64,000 bases of DNA, from the IMG/VR virus record IMGVR_UViG_3300043399_001190; one strand, 5' to 3'. The notes under the pieces were generated by a model. The model had not been told where the DNA came from. It saw nothing but the letters and a program-made list of their open reading frames with translations, and did no database searches. Shown here in pieces: positions 12,101-22,051 of this stretch; positions within the stretch are counted from its first letter, which is position 1, and each line of letters starts with the position of its first letter. Origin of the DNA: a virus (Duplodnaviria > Heunggongvirae > Uroviricota > Caudoviricetes). A program made the position numbers and the translations under genes.

Positions 12101-13963
12101 CCCGCACCCTCTTATAGTAATTATTTTTCTAGTGCAACAAACGATTATTTGAACGTTGGCGGAGTGCCTATACCCGCTACTGGACCATTTACTTTAGAGT
12201 TTTGGATATTTTATCCAACCGCACCGTCAGAAAATAAGTGGATCTATAATCAAAGAAACTCCAATGATGCAAACAGATTCGGCATTGTATTAAAGCCAAC
12301 TATGCAAATTGCAGTTTCACATGCTGCATCTTCACCTACAGAGCCAGTAGTAACTAGCGCAATGGCTACAAATGTATGGAATCATTTTGCATTAACTAGA
12401 GATGCGTCGAATAATTTACGAGCGTTCCTCAACGGAAACTTAGAAGCAACATATGCTAATTTTGGCTCAGTGGCTCAAATCAATGCGGTAATTGGTAGAA
12501 TTGCCGAATCTAGTTTATATTATATAACTGGATATTTAAGTAATCTTAGAGTAGTTAATGGAACTGCTTTATATACATCAAGTTTTACACCGTCAACAAC
12601 ACCATTAACAGCAGTATCGGGCACTAGTTTATTAATTTTCAACTCGGCAACCATAACTGATAATTCATCAAACAACTTTACCATTACTGTTAACGGAGCT
12701 ATCAGACCAACCACATTTAACCCATTCACAATCACATATTCAACTGGACAATCTTATACACGAGAGCTGTACGGTGGTAGTACGTATTTTGATGGAACGG
12801 GAGATTACTTAACTACTCCTACCACCGGTACGTCACCGTTTGCATATAATACATTTTTTGGTACCGGAAAAACATTTACAGTTGAGGCTTGGTTATATCA
12901 AAATTCATTTGTAACCGCCGCCTCATATTTTAATATTGTTTTAGGAGACGGGCAAGCCTCAGGAGCGGCTATGTATTGGAACTGCGGAACTGATAATAGT
13001 AATAAACCTGAAATTTCATGGTATGATGGTGCAAGTAAATCAGCGACAGCATCTAACGCACTGCCGATAAATCAATGGAATCATGTTGCTTGGGTAGTTA
13101 ATGCTGGAGTTATTAAAATTTACGTTAATGGAATATCACAAACATTAACAGGTACAACAACATTAACTAATGCTACTGGCTCCGACACGATACTCATAGG
13201 AGTAGACAGAGCAAACTATTATACTGGATACATTTCTAGTTTACGTGTAATTAAAGGGCAAGCATTATATACTTCTAATTTTGTGCCACCATCAGCGCCT
13301 CTAACAGAAGTTCAAAACTCTATACTACTAGTGCCTGGAACGGCCGCAGCTATTGTCGATGCTTCAATGATTAACAACTTTGAAACAGCGAATGGTGCCA
13401 GTATTAATACATCGGTAACTAAATATGGAAACTCTAGTATGTATTTTGATGGCACCGGTGATTGGTTAACAACTCGTTATAATCCAAGTCAACAACCAGG
13501 TTCTGGCAATTTAACGTGGGAAATGTGGATTAACACAACAAATTCAACGCAATATGCAACATTGTACAGTCGTACACCAGCCTCATTTGCATCAGGTATG
13601 TGGTCACTAATGATGAATCATGCATCTAGCACTGCTGGAGATGTTGCTTTATATGTTGCGGATTATAGTGTCGGTACACCTTTATTGTTGACAACAGGAG
13701 CAAATGTTCGTGATGGAAATTGGCATCATATAGCCGTTGTTAGAAACGGAAGTTCATGGGTATTATATATAAATGGAACATCCAGGGCGACGGGTACTTG
13801 GAGTGGAACAATTGCAAACTATAACTCTGGACCTTATATCGGCGCAGACCAATTTTATACTAGAGCATATACAGGTTATATAAGTGATTTACGTATAACA
13901 AATGGTATAGCGCGCTATACTTCCAACTTTACAGCACCATTGTCTACATTTATAAAGTATTGA
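9098..13963 (+). CDS. Large adhesin: IPT/TIG and Ig-like domains plus multiple LamG/concanavalin-A-like lectin repeats
   Basis: Repeated YFDGTGD(F/Y)LT, FT.E.W.Y, W.H.A.VR, GYISNLR units. Confidence 0.85.
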   Translation: MSITSIVNNNIGDSSFVNAQKPTPPTITNYSVDGIDDTALLLEGGQTVLINGTGFQRGATVTLGGVAIGVVTWINSNQLSFTSTARTAGTYTLFVINADGGTAIYLPGIIYSSNPNWVTNAGSLGSYYETKTISNTIIATDDIGSNISYSLSSGSLPDGATLYANGVISGTAPVDNGSTTYTFTIEATDGNLQSSTRSFSLTINTDVVTWVNPSNEATLVIDGLPYNTTLNATSAAGYNIGSYIANTLPSGLTLTNNIISGTPTESGIITTLLTATSANTNRSANNIITWIVTINDPYWEYVNTLLSANNNTLPFTHDASTNKFNTTVSGDLKPNNYGPYTLGYYSNYFDGTGDFLTVPSNAALNITSGSTDSFSCELWVYFTTVGANRSIVDNGGLSGTSFSNWAIYLNASSQITITWGISGSPGTSAIGTLTSSTVPVAGLWYHIALVKTNADWSLFINGTRTNTVNGFNTADKTNSTALYIGNGIIGAGFAGYISNLRIYKGATGSAPYSATSTKITVPTNPLTAITNTSLLTCQGNRLIDNSTNNFTINRNGDTTVSSFDPFAPNSSYATYGSAYFDGVGDYLTTPSNSAFNFSGNFTVEAWIYPTTLSLAKQIITTRASSSTSNTTAWALGLNNSALTWYTNAYNVSGGTVILNSWNHVAAVRSGSTLTLYLNGNSIGTATSNNNFTDQQLSIGACIDGTEPYIGYMSDVRVIKDTAVYTTNFTPPTSPLTAIANTSLLTLQTNQPMNNNVFIDNSSINNFITRNGNTTQGTFSPYGESWSNYFDGTGDFLTVTNNTALNLSSGNFTIECWFYTTASGVQQTIIQKDGISGTRQNQYAFYILNTNQIQFTVSPASGASGNQNFIYSTAINVNTWYHLAAVRNGNNITVFLNGQIVVGPTALTVTMGNNTGDLTIGVTPTSANTFYGYISNVRIVKGTAVYTNAFTPSTTPLQPIANTVLLTCQSSRIVDNSFNNFTVTRSGDVSVQKYSPYAGTTLPAPSYSNYFSSATNDYLNVGGVPIPATGPFTLEFWIFYPTAPSENKWIYNQRNSNDANRFGIVLKPTMQIAVSHAASSPTEPVVTSAMATNVWNHFALTRDASNNLRAFLNGNLEATYANFGSVAQINAVIGRIAESSLYYITGYLSNLRVVNGTALYTSSFTPSTTPLTAVSGTSLLIFNSATITDNSSNNFTITVNGAIRPTTFNPFTITYSTGQSYTRELYGGSTYFDGTGDYLTTPTTGTSPFAYNTFFGTGKTFTVEAWLYQNSFVTAASYFNIVLGDGQASGAAMYWNCGTDNSNKPEISWYDGASKSATASNALPINQWNHVAWVVNAGVIKIYVNGISQTLTGTTTLTNATGSDTILIGVDRANYYTGYISSLRVIKGQALYTSNFVPPSAPLTEVQNSILLVPGTAAAIVDASMINNFETANGASINTSVTKYGNSSMYFDGTGDWLTTRYNPSQQPGSGNLTWEMWINTTNSTQYATLYSRTPASFASGMWSLMMNHASSTAGDVALYVADYSVGTPLLLTTGANVRDGNWHHIAVVRNGSSWVLYINGTSRATGTWSGTIANYNSGPYIGADQFYTRAYTGYISDLRITNGIARYTSNFTAPLSTFIKY

Positions 13964-13988
13964 GAATAATAAAAAAGTATAAAGAACC

Positions 13989-16900
13989 ATGCCATTAACA
14001 AAAATAAAATCATTCGGTTTAGATTCCACTCAAGATTTTTCTGTAAATAGTCTCACAGCGAATACTGTAATCATTGGTGGGTCAACCGTAACTCCTTCTC
14101 CTTTCAGTGTTTGCAATACAACCAACATTGTAAGTTGTATAGGTGGTAACGGAGGTAGCGGCACAAACAACTTTTTTGCTGGTCAATGTGCAGGTATATG
14201 CAACATATCAGGTGGTAATAACAACAACTTCTTAGGTCAATGTGCCGGAAATAGAAATACAACCGGCAAAAATAATAATTTCTTGGGTTCTTCTGCTGGT
14301 CGTCTTAATACTAGTGGCAGCTACAATAATTTCTTCGGGCAAAATTCAGGTTGTTCAAATACTACCGGTCTTTATAACAACTTTTTTGGACAATCTGCCG
14401 GGCTTTCTAACACAACAGGTTCAGACAATAATTTCTTTGGTAGTTACGCTGGTCGAAACATCACCACCGGTGGATATAACAATTTTTTAGGTCGAGCTGC
14501 GGGCCGTTGCAACACCATTGGCAATTACAACAACTTTTTCGGCAAATATGCCGGTCGAAACGGCACTTATTCTTCACACAACAACTTCTTTGGTCGTTGT
14601 GCGGGATTAAGAAACACAGGATGTTATAATAACTTCTTTGGTAATTGTGCCGGCTCATGTAACACAACAGGTTCAGACAATAATTTCTTTGGTAATTACT
14701 CGGGAAAATATAATAATACAGGATCCCAAAATATCTTTATGGGACGTTTTGGTGGCTACTCTAATACAACTGGCTCCAATAATATCTTCTTTGGTTGTAG
14801 ATCAGGTATCAACAATACCACAGGAAACAATAATTTATTTGCCGGTGAATGTGCAGGACACTATAATACAACCGGCAGTAATAATATATTCTTCGGTTGC
14901 AACGCTGGTTGCGCAGTAACGACAGGAACGAATAACTTAATTATTGGTCCTTTCATAGGCACTTCCGGTTTACAGAACATGATACACCTACGTGCCGGTA
15001 ACAACTGTTTACAAATATGTGGCACTGGATGTTTAACAGTCAATGGTGTTGCCGTTGGTGGGGGCAGTGCATTCAATGTGTGTGGAACCAGAAATATCGT
15101 AAGCTGTATCAGTGGAACTGGTGGAAGCGGCAGTGATAATTTCTTTGTTGGTCGTTGTTCAGGTAAATACAATACAACCGGCGGCGGAAATAACTTTATA
15201 GGTAGATATAGTGGTAATAGTAATGGTACAGGATGCAACAACAACTTTTTAGGTACCAATGCAGGCTTCAATAATTCAACTGGTTGCTATAATAACTTCT
15301 TTGGTCTTAATGCGGGATTCTGCAACACTACAGGTTTTTCCAACAATTTCTTCGGCTGCCTTGCTGGTCGTAATAACACGACAGGCTGCCGTAACAACTT
15401 TTTTGGTGCTAATGCCGGATATAACAATTCAACTGGTTGTTACAATAACTTCTTTGGTTATAATGTGGGGTGCAGCAATACAACTGGAATTTGTAACACC
15501 TTTATTGGCGCACTTACAGGTAGTTATAACACAACAGGTAGTTTCAATGTTTTCATAGGACCCTCGGCCGGTTATTATAATGTCAGTGGTGTTAGCAACG
15601 TATTTATAGGTAGAAATACTGGTTGTAAGAACACATCAGGCAATTATAATGTATTTTTAGGTATGAGTGCAGGACGATGCAATACCACAGGCAGTAATAA
15701 TACTTTTATTGGAAATAATACAGGTCTTAATAACACCACCGGCTGTAGTAATGTATTCATAGGAGAGGCTGCTGGAAGATGTAATGTTTGCGGGTTCGAT
15801 AATGTTTTCATTGGTAAGTATGCTGGTTGGAAATCTACAGGTGGTTATAATAATAATTTTATTGGAGAACGTGCTGGCTATAATGCAGGTAGTTATGCTG
15901 CTGACAATAACTTCTTTGGAAAATTCACTGGATATTATATCACCAATGGATGGGGTAACAACGCGTTTGGACCAGAATCCGCTTATAATATCACCACAGG
16001 TGAATTAAATAATTTTATGGGGTGGTTGTCGGGAACCAGTACAACAACAGGAACTAACAACAACTTCTTCGGTCATTTGGCTGGAGGAAGCAATACAACC
16101 GGTTCACATAATATCGCCTTTGGTAAATATGCAGGACGATGCAATACTACAGGCAGTAATAATACTTTTATTGGACAAAATGCTGGTTCCTCGGTAACAA
16201 CAGGAACAAATAACCTTATTATAGGGTCATATTCTGGTACAGCCGGTTTACAGAACATGATACACCTACGTGCTGGCACCAACTGCCTACAAGTATGTGG
16301 TGCCGGATGTTTAACTGTTAATGGTGTTGCCGTTGGTGGTGGAGCAAGTGTATTTAATATAAGCGGAACTAGAATTTATAGTTGTATTAGTAATGGTGGT
16401 GGTTACGATAGTGACACTTTTATTGCAGGTTATTGCGCTGGATCCAATTCTTCTTTTGGTACTTACAATACTTTCATTGGTAGGTATGCAGGAGCAAGTA
16501 TGTATTTGGGTGCCGGCAATAATTTTTTGGGGCAAAATGCTGGTCGATGCAATACTGATGGTTGTCACAACAACTTTTTTGGAACAAGTGCAGGTTGTTG
16601 CAACACAACCGGTACCTGGAATAACTTTTTTGGCCTTACTGCGGGACGAGGTAATACAACCGGGAATAACAATAACTTCTTTGGTCAAGGCGCAGGTTCT
16701 CGCAATACAACAGGCAGTAATAACATTTTTATGGGACTGTGTAGTGGCTTCTGTAGCACAACCGGCGGTTATAATGTATTTTTAGGTTCGAATACAGGTT
16801 TCCTCAACACCACAGGCGCTCATAATGTCTTCATTGGTTGTACTGCTGGCCGTAGTAATACCACTGGCAATAACAACTTCTTTGCAGGTCAAGGTGCTGG

Positions 16901-17687
16901 CTTTTCAAACACCACAGGCGCTCATAATGTCTTCATTGGTTGCGGTGCCGGTAATTCCAACGTCAGCGGCATTTCAAACATAATGATTGGCCGAGGTGCT
17001 GGTCTCAATAATGTTAGTGGTAATAACAATATTTTTATCGGCTGTAATACAGGTCTACCCAACAGCACGGGGTTTAGCAACATATTCTTTGGACCTAATT
17101 CTGGTCGTTACAACACCACTGGCAATAACAACTTCTTTGCGGCAGAACGTGCTGGTTATTGTAATACAACCGGCAGTTTTAACTTATTCCTGGGTTCCTG
17201 TGCTGGTTGTTGCAATACCACTGGAGTTAACAATTTATTCTTTGGTTGTGTGTCAGGTGTAGGTACGACTGGATTGGCTAATATTACCACAGAATCCAAT
17301 CGAATCATCATGGGAAATAGTGCTCATACATGCGCTCAAATACAAATAGGTTGGACTACAGTTTCCGACTGCCGCGATAAATGTATCTATGGACCAGTAC
17401 GATTGGGTCGTGGATTCTTACAAGGTCTTGAACCAATTGAATATTCATTCAAAAATAGAATCACTGGCTGCATTACCGATCCGGAAGGTAAACGCAGATA
17501 CGGATTTTCAGCGCAAAATGTTTTGGCCGCCGAAGGTGAAAAACCGGTCATTGTATCAGCAGATGATCCAGAAAAATTACAATTAACTAGCGACTATTTA
17601 ATACCAGTTCTTGTTAATGCTATTAATGAACTATCAACCGAAGTTGATATCTTAAAGGTTAAAGTTGGCGCACTTGAAGCTAGGTGA
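13989..17687 (+). CDS. Cys-rich repeat fibre (autotransporter-adhesin-like NNFFG repeats) with C-terminal S74-like chaperone
   Basis: 14-aa N-T-T-G-x-x-N-x-F-x-G repeats; C-terminal SD.RDK...YGFSAQ.V...LVNAI.EL..E motif. Confidence 0.85.
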   Translation: MPLTKIKSFGLDSTQDFSVNSLTANTVIIGGSTVTPSPFSVCNTTNIVSCIGGNGGSGTNNFFAGQCAGICNISGGNNNNFLGQCAGNRNTTGKNNNFLGSSAGRLNTSGSYNNFFGQNSGCSNTTGLYNNFFGQSAGLSNTTGSDNNFFGSYAGRNITTGGYNNFLGRAAGRCNTIGNYNNFFGKYAGRNGTYSSHNNFFGRCAGLRNTGCYNNFFGNCAGSCNTTGSDNNFFGNYSGKYNNTGSQNIFMGRFGGYSNTTGSNNIFFGCRSGINNTTGNNNLFAGECAGHYNTTGSNNIFFGCNAGCAVTTGTNNLIIGPFIGTSGLQNMIHLRAGNNCLQICGTGCLTVNGVAVGGGSAFNVCGTRNIVSCISGTGGSGSDNFFVGRCSGKYNTTGGGNNFIGRYSGNSNGTGCNNNFLGTNAGFNNSTGCYNNFFGLNAGFCNTTGFSNNFFGCLAGRNNTTGCRNNFFGANAGYNNSTGCYNNFFGYNVGCSNTTGICNTFIGALTGSYNTTGSFNVFIGPSAGYYNVSGVSNVFIGRNTGCKNTSGNYNVFLGMSAGRCNTTGSNNTFIGNNTGLNNTTGCSNVFIGEAAGRCNVCGFDNVFIGKYAGWKSTGGYNNNFIGERAGYNAGSYAADNNFFGKFTGYYITNGWGNNAFGPESAYNITTGELNNFMGWLSGTSTTTGTNNNFFGHLAGGSNTTGSHNIAFGKYAGRCNTTGSNNTFIGQNAGSSVTTGTNNLIIGSYSGTAGLQNMIHLRAGTNCLQVCGAGCLTVNGVAVGGGASVFNISGTRIYSCISNGGGYDSDTFIAGYCAGSNSSFGTYNTFIGRYAGASMYLGAGNNFLGQNAGRCNTDGCHNNFFGTSAGCCNTTGTWNNFFGLTAGRGNTTGNNNNFFGQGAGSRNTTGSNNIFMGLCSGFCSTTGGYNVFLGSNTGFLNTTGAHNVFIGCTAGRSNTTGNNNFFAGQGAGFSNTTGAHNVFIGCGAGNSNVSGISNIMIGRGAGLNNVSGNNNIFIGCNTGLPNSTGFSNIFFGPNSGRYNTTGNNNFFAAERAGYCNTTGSFNLFLGSCAGCCNTTGVNNLFFGCVSGVGTTGLANITTESNRIIMGNSAHTCAQIQIGWTTVSDCRDKCIYGPVRLGRGFLQGLEPIEYSFKNRITGCITDPEGKRRYGFSAQNVLAAEGEKPVIVSADDPEKLQLTSDYLIPVLVNAINELSTEVDILKVKVGALEAR

Positions 17688-17702
17688 ATAAAATAAGTGT
17701 GA

Positions 17703-17742
17703 AATAGGTGTTGATATATACTATCAACACCTATTATTTTTT
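17703..17742 (+). terminator. Intrinsic terminator-like hairpin between the fibre genes and the glycosylation cluster
   Basis: AATAGGTGTTGATA-TATAC-TATCAACACCTATT (14-bp perfect stem) followed by ATTTTTT. Confidence 0.7.
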
Positions 17743-17751
17743 GAGGTTATT

Positions 17752-18393
17752 ATGAAAAAAATATTGATTGCTACACCATGTCTAGACCAAAAGGTTGATG
17801 CGTATTTCGTACACAGTCTTTGTGAATCTATCAAGTTAGGGTTAAAACACAATCTAGATATTCGTTGCATCTTTCTTGCAAACGAAAGCATTTTACCTAT
17901 GGCAAGAAACGAACTTTTTGCTTTAGCGTATAATGAAAATTATGATACTATGGTTTTCATCGATGATGATGAATATTGGGATGAAAAAGCATTGATAGAA
18001 ATTATCGAATCCAGTAAAGATGTAATTACTTTACCTGTCGTAAATAAAGGCGATAAGCAAATCACATTTAATGTTTGGTTAAATAATGATGCTGAAAAAG
18101 ATAAAGACGGTTATATCAAAATAAAAAAATGTGGTACAGGATTCCTTAAACTTTCCAGAAAAGTCATAGAAGACTTGTGGGAATCAAACACCGAATTATT
18201 TTTCAGAAACAGAAAAATTAAAAATATATGTGAATATACTTATGAAAATGGTAATTTTATAGGTGAAGACATAACTTTATCAAATAAAATAAATGAATTG
18301 GGTTATGATATTTGGTTAAATCCCAAACATACCGTGTCGCACATAGGAAATAAAATGTACAAAGGTGATTTTGCCAAACAAAAAAATTTATGA
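17752..18393 (+). CDS. GT-A fold glycosyltransferase-like protein
   Basis: ILIATP, ARN, FIDDD (DxD), GTGF, GED...HIG motifs. Confidence 0.75.
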   Translation: MKKILIATPCLDQKVDAYFVHSLCESIKLGLKHNLDIRCIFLANESILPMARNELFALAYNENYDTMVFIDDDEYWDEKALIEIIESSKDVITLPVVNKGDKQITFNVWLNNDAEKDKDGYIKIKKCGTGFLKLSRKVIEDLWESNTELFFRNRKIKNICEYTYENGNFIGEDITLSNKINELGYDIWLNPKHTVSHIGNKMYKGDFAKQKNL

Positions 18394-19670
18394 TCGACGT
18401 TATTATTCCCACAATGTGGATGTCAAAAAATTTTGACGAAGCTTTATCTGTCTACGTAAAAAACAAAAATATTAAAAATGTAATTATCATAGACAACAAT
18501 AAATTTAAAAGACCAAAATACGATATTTTTAAAAATGATAAGATAATCTTAATATCTTATGGTCGAAATATTTACGTTAACCCGGCATGGAATGAAGGAG
18601 TTAACAGAGCAACATCGGAAATAGTTGCTATCATCAACGATGATATTATTGTAGACAATGATGTTTTTAATATGGTATTAAAATTTGGTTTAAAACAGGG
18701 TGATTTGATTGGCGTCAATCTCAGAGGTTATCAAGATAATTATAAAATAGATGATTACATTGAAACTAAAGAAGAAATTGTAAAAATAAATTATAACAAC
18801 AATTATCCTATAGGTGGTCAAGCTTGGGCTTTCGGAATTTGTATGTTCATGCTTAAAAAATCGTACATACAAATACCTTCACTTTATCAAATTTGGTATG
18901 GTGATGACTATTTGACTCAAAGAGCAAAAAATGTATATGCAATAAACTCAAATAAAATCAAAGGAAATATTTCGGAGACACTAAAAAAATTCAATAATCC
19001 AGATAGTGATATATCTAAAAGAATTGAATTAGATTCAAAAAATTTATTAAAGTTTAATCATTTCAAAAATTCAAGTAATTGGGATATTCCCAGAAATATG
19101 ATTAATTTATATGCTAAACAAAGACTGGAAATGAAAAAAGATATTTTTGAAATAGAATATGAAAAAGCCAAAAAAATACCAAGTGACATTAACCAAAATG
19201 TTAATATATTGTATGAATTAGCCAATCAATGTGAAACGGTTGTGGAGATGGGCGTAAGAACCGGTGTCAGTACAAGAGCATTCTTAAATACAAATGTACA
19301 ACTAATTTCTTTTGATTTACAATTAGATCCTCAAGTTAATAAATTATTTGAGTTAGCAAAAAATAATGGCAAAAATGTTCAATACATTATTGATGATGTA
19401 TTAAAAATCGAAATAGAAGAAACCGATTTACTCTTTATAGATACTTTACACACATATGAACAACTTAAAAAAGAATTGAAGCTTCATGGAAATAAAGCAA
19501 AAAAATATATTGCTTTCCATGATACACACACTTTCGGTTTAATTGGTGAAGACGGTAGCAAAAACGGGCTTTTAAATGCCGTAATTGATTTTATGATTGA
19601 AAATCCACATTGGAAATTTAAAATCCACAAAACAAACAACAACGGATTGACTGTTTTGGAGAGAAAATAA
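18390..19670 (+). CDS. Glycosyltransferase family 2 fused to a class I SAM methyltransferase (Methyltransf_24-like)
   Basis: N-terminal IDVIIPT...IIIDN...VNPAWN...NDD; C-terminal VVEMGVRTGVST...LLFIDTLHTYEQ...FHDT. Confidence 0.8.
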   Translation: MIDVIIPTMWMSKNFDEALSVYVKNKNIKNVIIIDNNKFKRPKYDIFKNDKIILISYGRNIYVNPAWNEGVNRATSEIVAIINDDIIVDNDVFNMVLKFGLKQGDLIGVNLRGYQDNYKIDDYIETKEEIVKINYNNNYPIGGQAWAFGICMFMLKKSYIQIPSLYQIWYGDDYLTQRAKNVYAINSNKIKGNISETLKKFNNPDSDISKRIELDSKNLLKFNHFKNSSNWDIPRNMINLYAKQRLEMKKDIFEIEYEKAKKIPSDINQNVNILYELANQCETVVEMGVRTGVSTRAFLNTNVQLISFDLQLDPQVNKLFELAKNNGKNVQYIIDDVLKIEIEETDLLFIDTLHTYEQLKKELKLHGNKAKKYIAFHDTHTFGLIGEDGSKNGLLNAVIDFMIENPHWKFKIHKTNNNGLTVLERK

Positions 19671-19704
19671 ATACTATAAAATGAATTATAAAATGGAGCA
19701 ATAA

Positions 19705-20604
19705 ATGAAGTATAGCATTTTTCACCTACAAGGTGGCATTGGTAAACATGTTGCAGCTACCGCGATTGCAAGAGTTATCAAAAATAATCATCCAGACCGA
19801 AAACTCATAGTAGTATGTGCATATACCGACATTTTCAACAATCTCGATTTTGTTGATAGGGTTTACCAATTAGGTAATACTTCCTACTTTTACCAAAATT
19901 ACATTCAAGATAAAGATTCTATCATCTTTCATCATGAGCCATATTATACGACCGACCACATACACAAAAAATTACCTTTAATACAAAATTGGTGTAAAAT
20001 GTATGGGCTTGAATATAATGGTGAACAACCGATAGTAAAATATAATAAATTACAATTCGACCTTTCGAAAAAATTTTGGGTCAAAGGCAGCAAACCAATT
20101 ATGGTTTTGCATACAAATGGTGGTGTAATGTCCACAGATGCTAAGCCATACGCTTGGACTAGAGATATGCCAGAATCCGTAGCACAAGCATTAGTGGAAC
20201 ACTATAAAAAAGACTATACAATTTACCAAATAACAAAGTTGAATTCTCCAAAATTGAAAGGAGCAAATCATATTTTTGCTACGCCACAACAGTCACTCAC
20301 AATAATGGAGCTATTCAGTGTTTTGTTACACAGTAACAAAAGAATTTTAATAGATTCGTGTTTACAACATGCAGCAGCAGCACTGAAAAAACCATCTACT
20401 GTACTTTGGAACGGAACAAGCCCAAAAGTTTTCGGTTATGATTTACATCAAAACATAACAACAAAAATTCCATATAATTTTAAATTACCCGGAAGTTATC
20501 TTTTTGATTTTGATTTCAATGGTAATGAAATCGAATATCCATTCACAGAAGATCAAGAGCTTTTTAACGTTGATGAAATTATTAAATCTGTTGATGCACA
20601 ATAA
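19705..20604 (+). CDS. GT-B glycosyltransferase (GT9/heptosyltransferase-like)
   Basis: GGIGK.V..T, IDS.LQHAAAAL.KP..VLW motifs. Confidence 0.7.
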   Translation: MKYSIFHLQGGIGKHVAATAIARVIKNNHPDRKLIVVCAYTDIFNNLDFVDRVYQLGNTSYFYQNYIQDKDSIIFHHEPYYTTDHIHKKLPLIQNWCKMYGLEYNGEQPIVKYNKLQFDLSKKFWVKGSKPIMVLHTNGGVMSTDAKPYAWTRDMPESVAQALVEHYKKDYTIYQITKLNSPKLKGANHIFATPQQSLTIMELFSVLLHSNKRILIDSCLQHAAAALKKPSTVLWNGTSPKVFGYDLHQNITTKIPYNFKLPGSYLFDFDFNGNEIEYPFTEDQELFNVDEIIKSVDAQ

Positions 20605-20613
20605 GGAATTACT

Positions 20614-21543
20614 ATGAAGAAAAAATATTATTTTATGGCTGGTTTACCAAGAAGCGGAAGCACCATGCTATCAGCAATCTTAAACCAAAATCCCAAATTT
20701 TATTGTGGTCCGAGTTCACCAGTTGTACCAACAATGCTTGCACTGGAAAATTCATTATCTAATGATGAACTTTTTCTAGCATATCCGAAATATGATTTTG
20801 GTAAAAATTTGATTTCTTCTGTGTTGGATCATTATTATTCTGACATAGAAAAACCTATAATTATCGAAAAAAATAGAAGCTGGATAAATCGAGTAAATTA
20901 TATACAAGGTTATTTCGACATACAAACTCCTAAAATTTTATATCCGGTAAGAGATGTGTCAGAAATATTAGCTTCATTTATTTCTATGATAAAGAGAAAT
21001 CCAACCATCGTAAACAATCGGTTGAATTTCATAGATCAAACACTCGTTCAGCAAGGTATGCCAATAACAGATGAAAATCGTTGCAGACTAATTGCAGGAC
21101 CAGGTATTTTGGGTCAATCGTTCGATGGCCTTAAGAAAGCTTTATCTGAAGGATATCGTGCAAATATTCACTTCATAGAATACAAAGATTTGGTAAACAA
21201 CCCAAGAGAAACAATGAAAAAAGTTTATGAATTTTTGGGTGAACCAATGTATAACCACGATTATAAAAATTTGAAAAATGTTCACCAGGAAGATGATGCA
21301 AACATTTACGGATTTACAGATATGCATGAAGTGAGACCGGAAGTGAAATCAACTTCACTTCCTCCAGAGGATGTTTTACCAAAAATTGTTTTGGATTCCG
21401 TTTCTGGGGCAGAATTTTGGAGAGAAATCGATGATGTACCCCTAAATGAAGAAACAATAAATAATAAAACAGAAATCAATAAACAAACTTTCTTTGGAGA
21501 AATCGTTGAAGACGAACAATCCTCAGATTCTAGGTTTATTTAA
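20614..21543 (+). CDS. Sulfotransferase family protein
   Basis: PAPS-binding loop GLPRSGSTML, EKNR.W, VRD..E..AS, YKDLV.NP. Confidence 0.85.
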   Translation: MKKKYYFMAGLPRSGSTMLSAILNQNPKFYCGPSSPVVPTMLALENSLSNDELFLAYPKYDFGKNLISSVLDHYYSDIEKPIIIEKNRSWINRVNYIQGYFDIQTPKILYPVRDVSEILASFISMIKRNPTIVNNRLNFIDQTLVQQGMPITDENRCRLIAGPGILGQSFDGLKKALSEGYRANIHFIEYKDLVNNPRETMKKVYEFLGEPMYNHDYKNLKNVHQEDDANIYGFTDMHEVRPEVKSTSLPPEDVLPKIVLDSVSGAEFWREIDDVPLNEETINNKTEINKQTFFGEIVEDEQSSDSRFI

Positions 21544-21561
21544 GTTTTAAAGGAGTAGAAA

Positions 21562-21849
21562 ATGTCAGAAGAAAATCGTACCTTAGAACAGATACAAAGA
21601 TATATTCAGGTTGCAAGAGATAGTGTCTGGGTTGTCGAAGACTCAATTCAAAGAATAACAAATGGAGAAACACCATCAAATACTTTAAAAGGTAATATAG
21701 AAAGAAATGTTTCACATTTAAAATTGGTTATATCAGCACAAGATGTTATAGATTCTGGTGAAAACATCAGTGATCTTGTTGCAGCAATTGCTGCGGGTGA
21801 AGCTAAACTTGCCGAAAATATTTGGCCAACAGAAACAACTACAGAGTGA
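21562..21849 (+). CDS. Hypothetical protein
   Basis: SD aaggag; intact ORF. Confidence 0.6.
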   Translation: MSEENRTLEQIQRYIQVARDSVWVVEDSIQRITNGETPSNTLKGNIERNVSHLKLVISAQDVIDSGENISDLVAAIAAGEAKLAENIWPTETTTE

Positions 21850-21860
21850 GGCGAAAGAAA

Positions 21861-22034
21861 ATGGAATTAATTTTGAAACTTAATGTAAATCAGGTGAATG
21901 CACTTATTTCGGCTATAGGTGAAATGCCCATTAAATCTGGTTTTGGCCCATTGGTTGATGTTATCGTACAACAAGTCACACCACAGCTTCCACAACAAGA
22001 AGAGCAACAAGAAGAACAAACCGAACAACAATAA
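21861..22034 (+). CDS. Small hypothetical protein
   Basis: ATG at 21861 after gagg; L.LN..QVN.L...L.EMP type small phage protein. Confidence 0.5.
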   Translation: MELILKLNVNQVNALISAIGEMPIKSGFGPLVDVIVQQVTPQLPQQEEQQEEQTEQQ

Positions 22035-22051
22035 ATTGAATTGAGTTTGTT

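Noticed and set aside
13989-17687. Possible diversity-generating retroelement target in the AAC-rich repeat fibre
   Set aside because: No reverse transcriptase and no template/variable repeat pair differing only at adenines was seen in this window.
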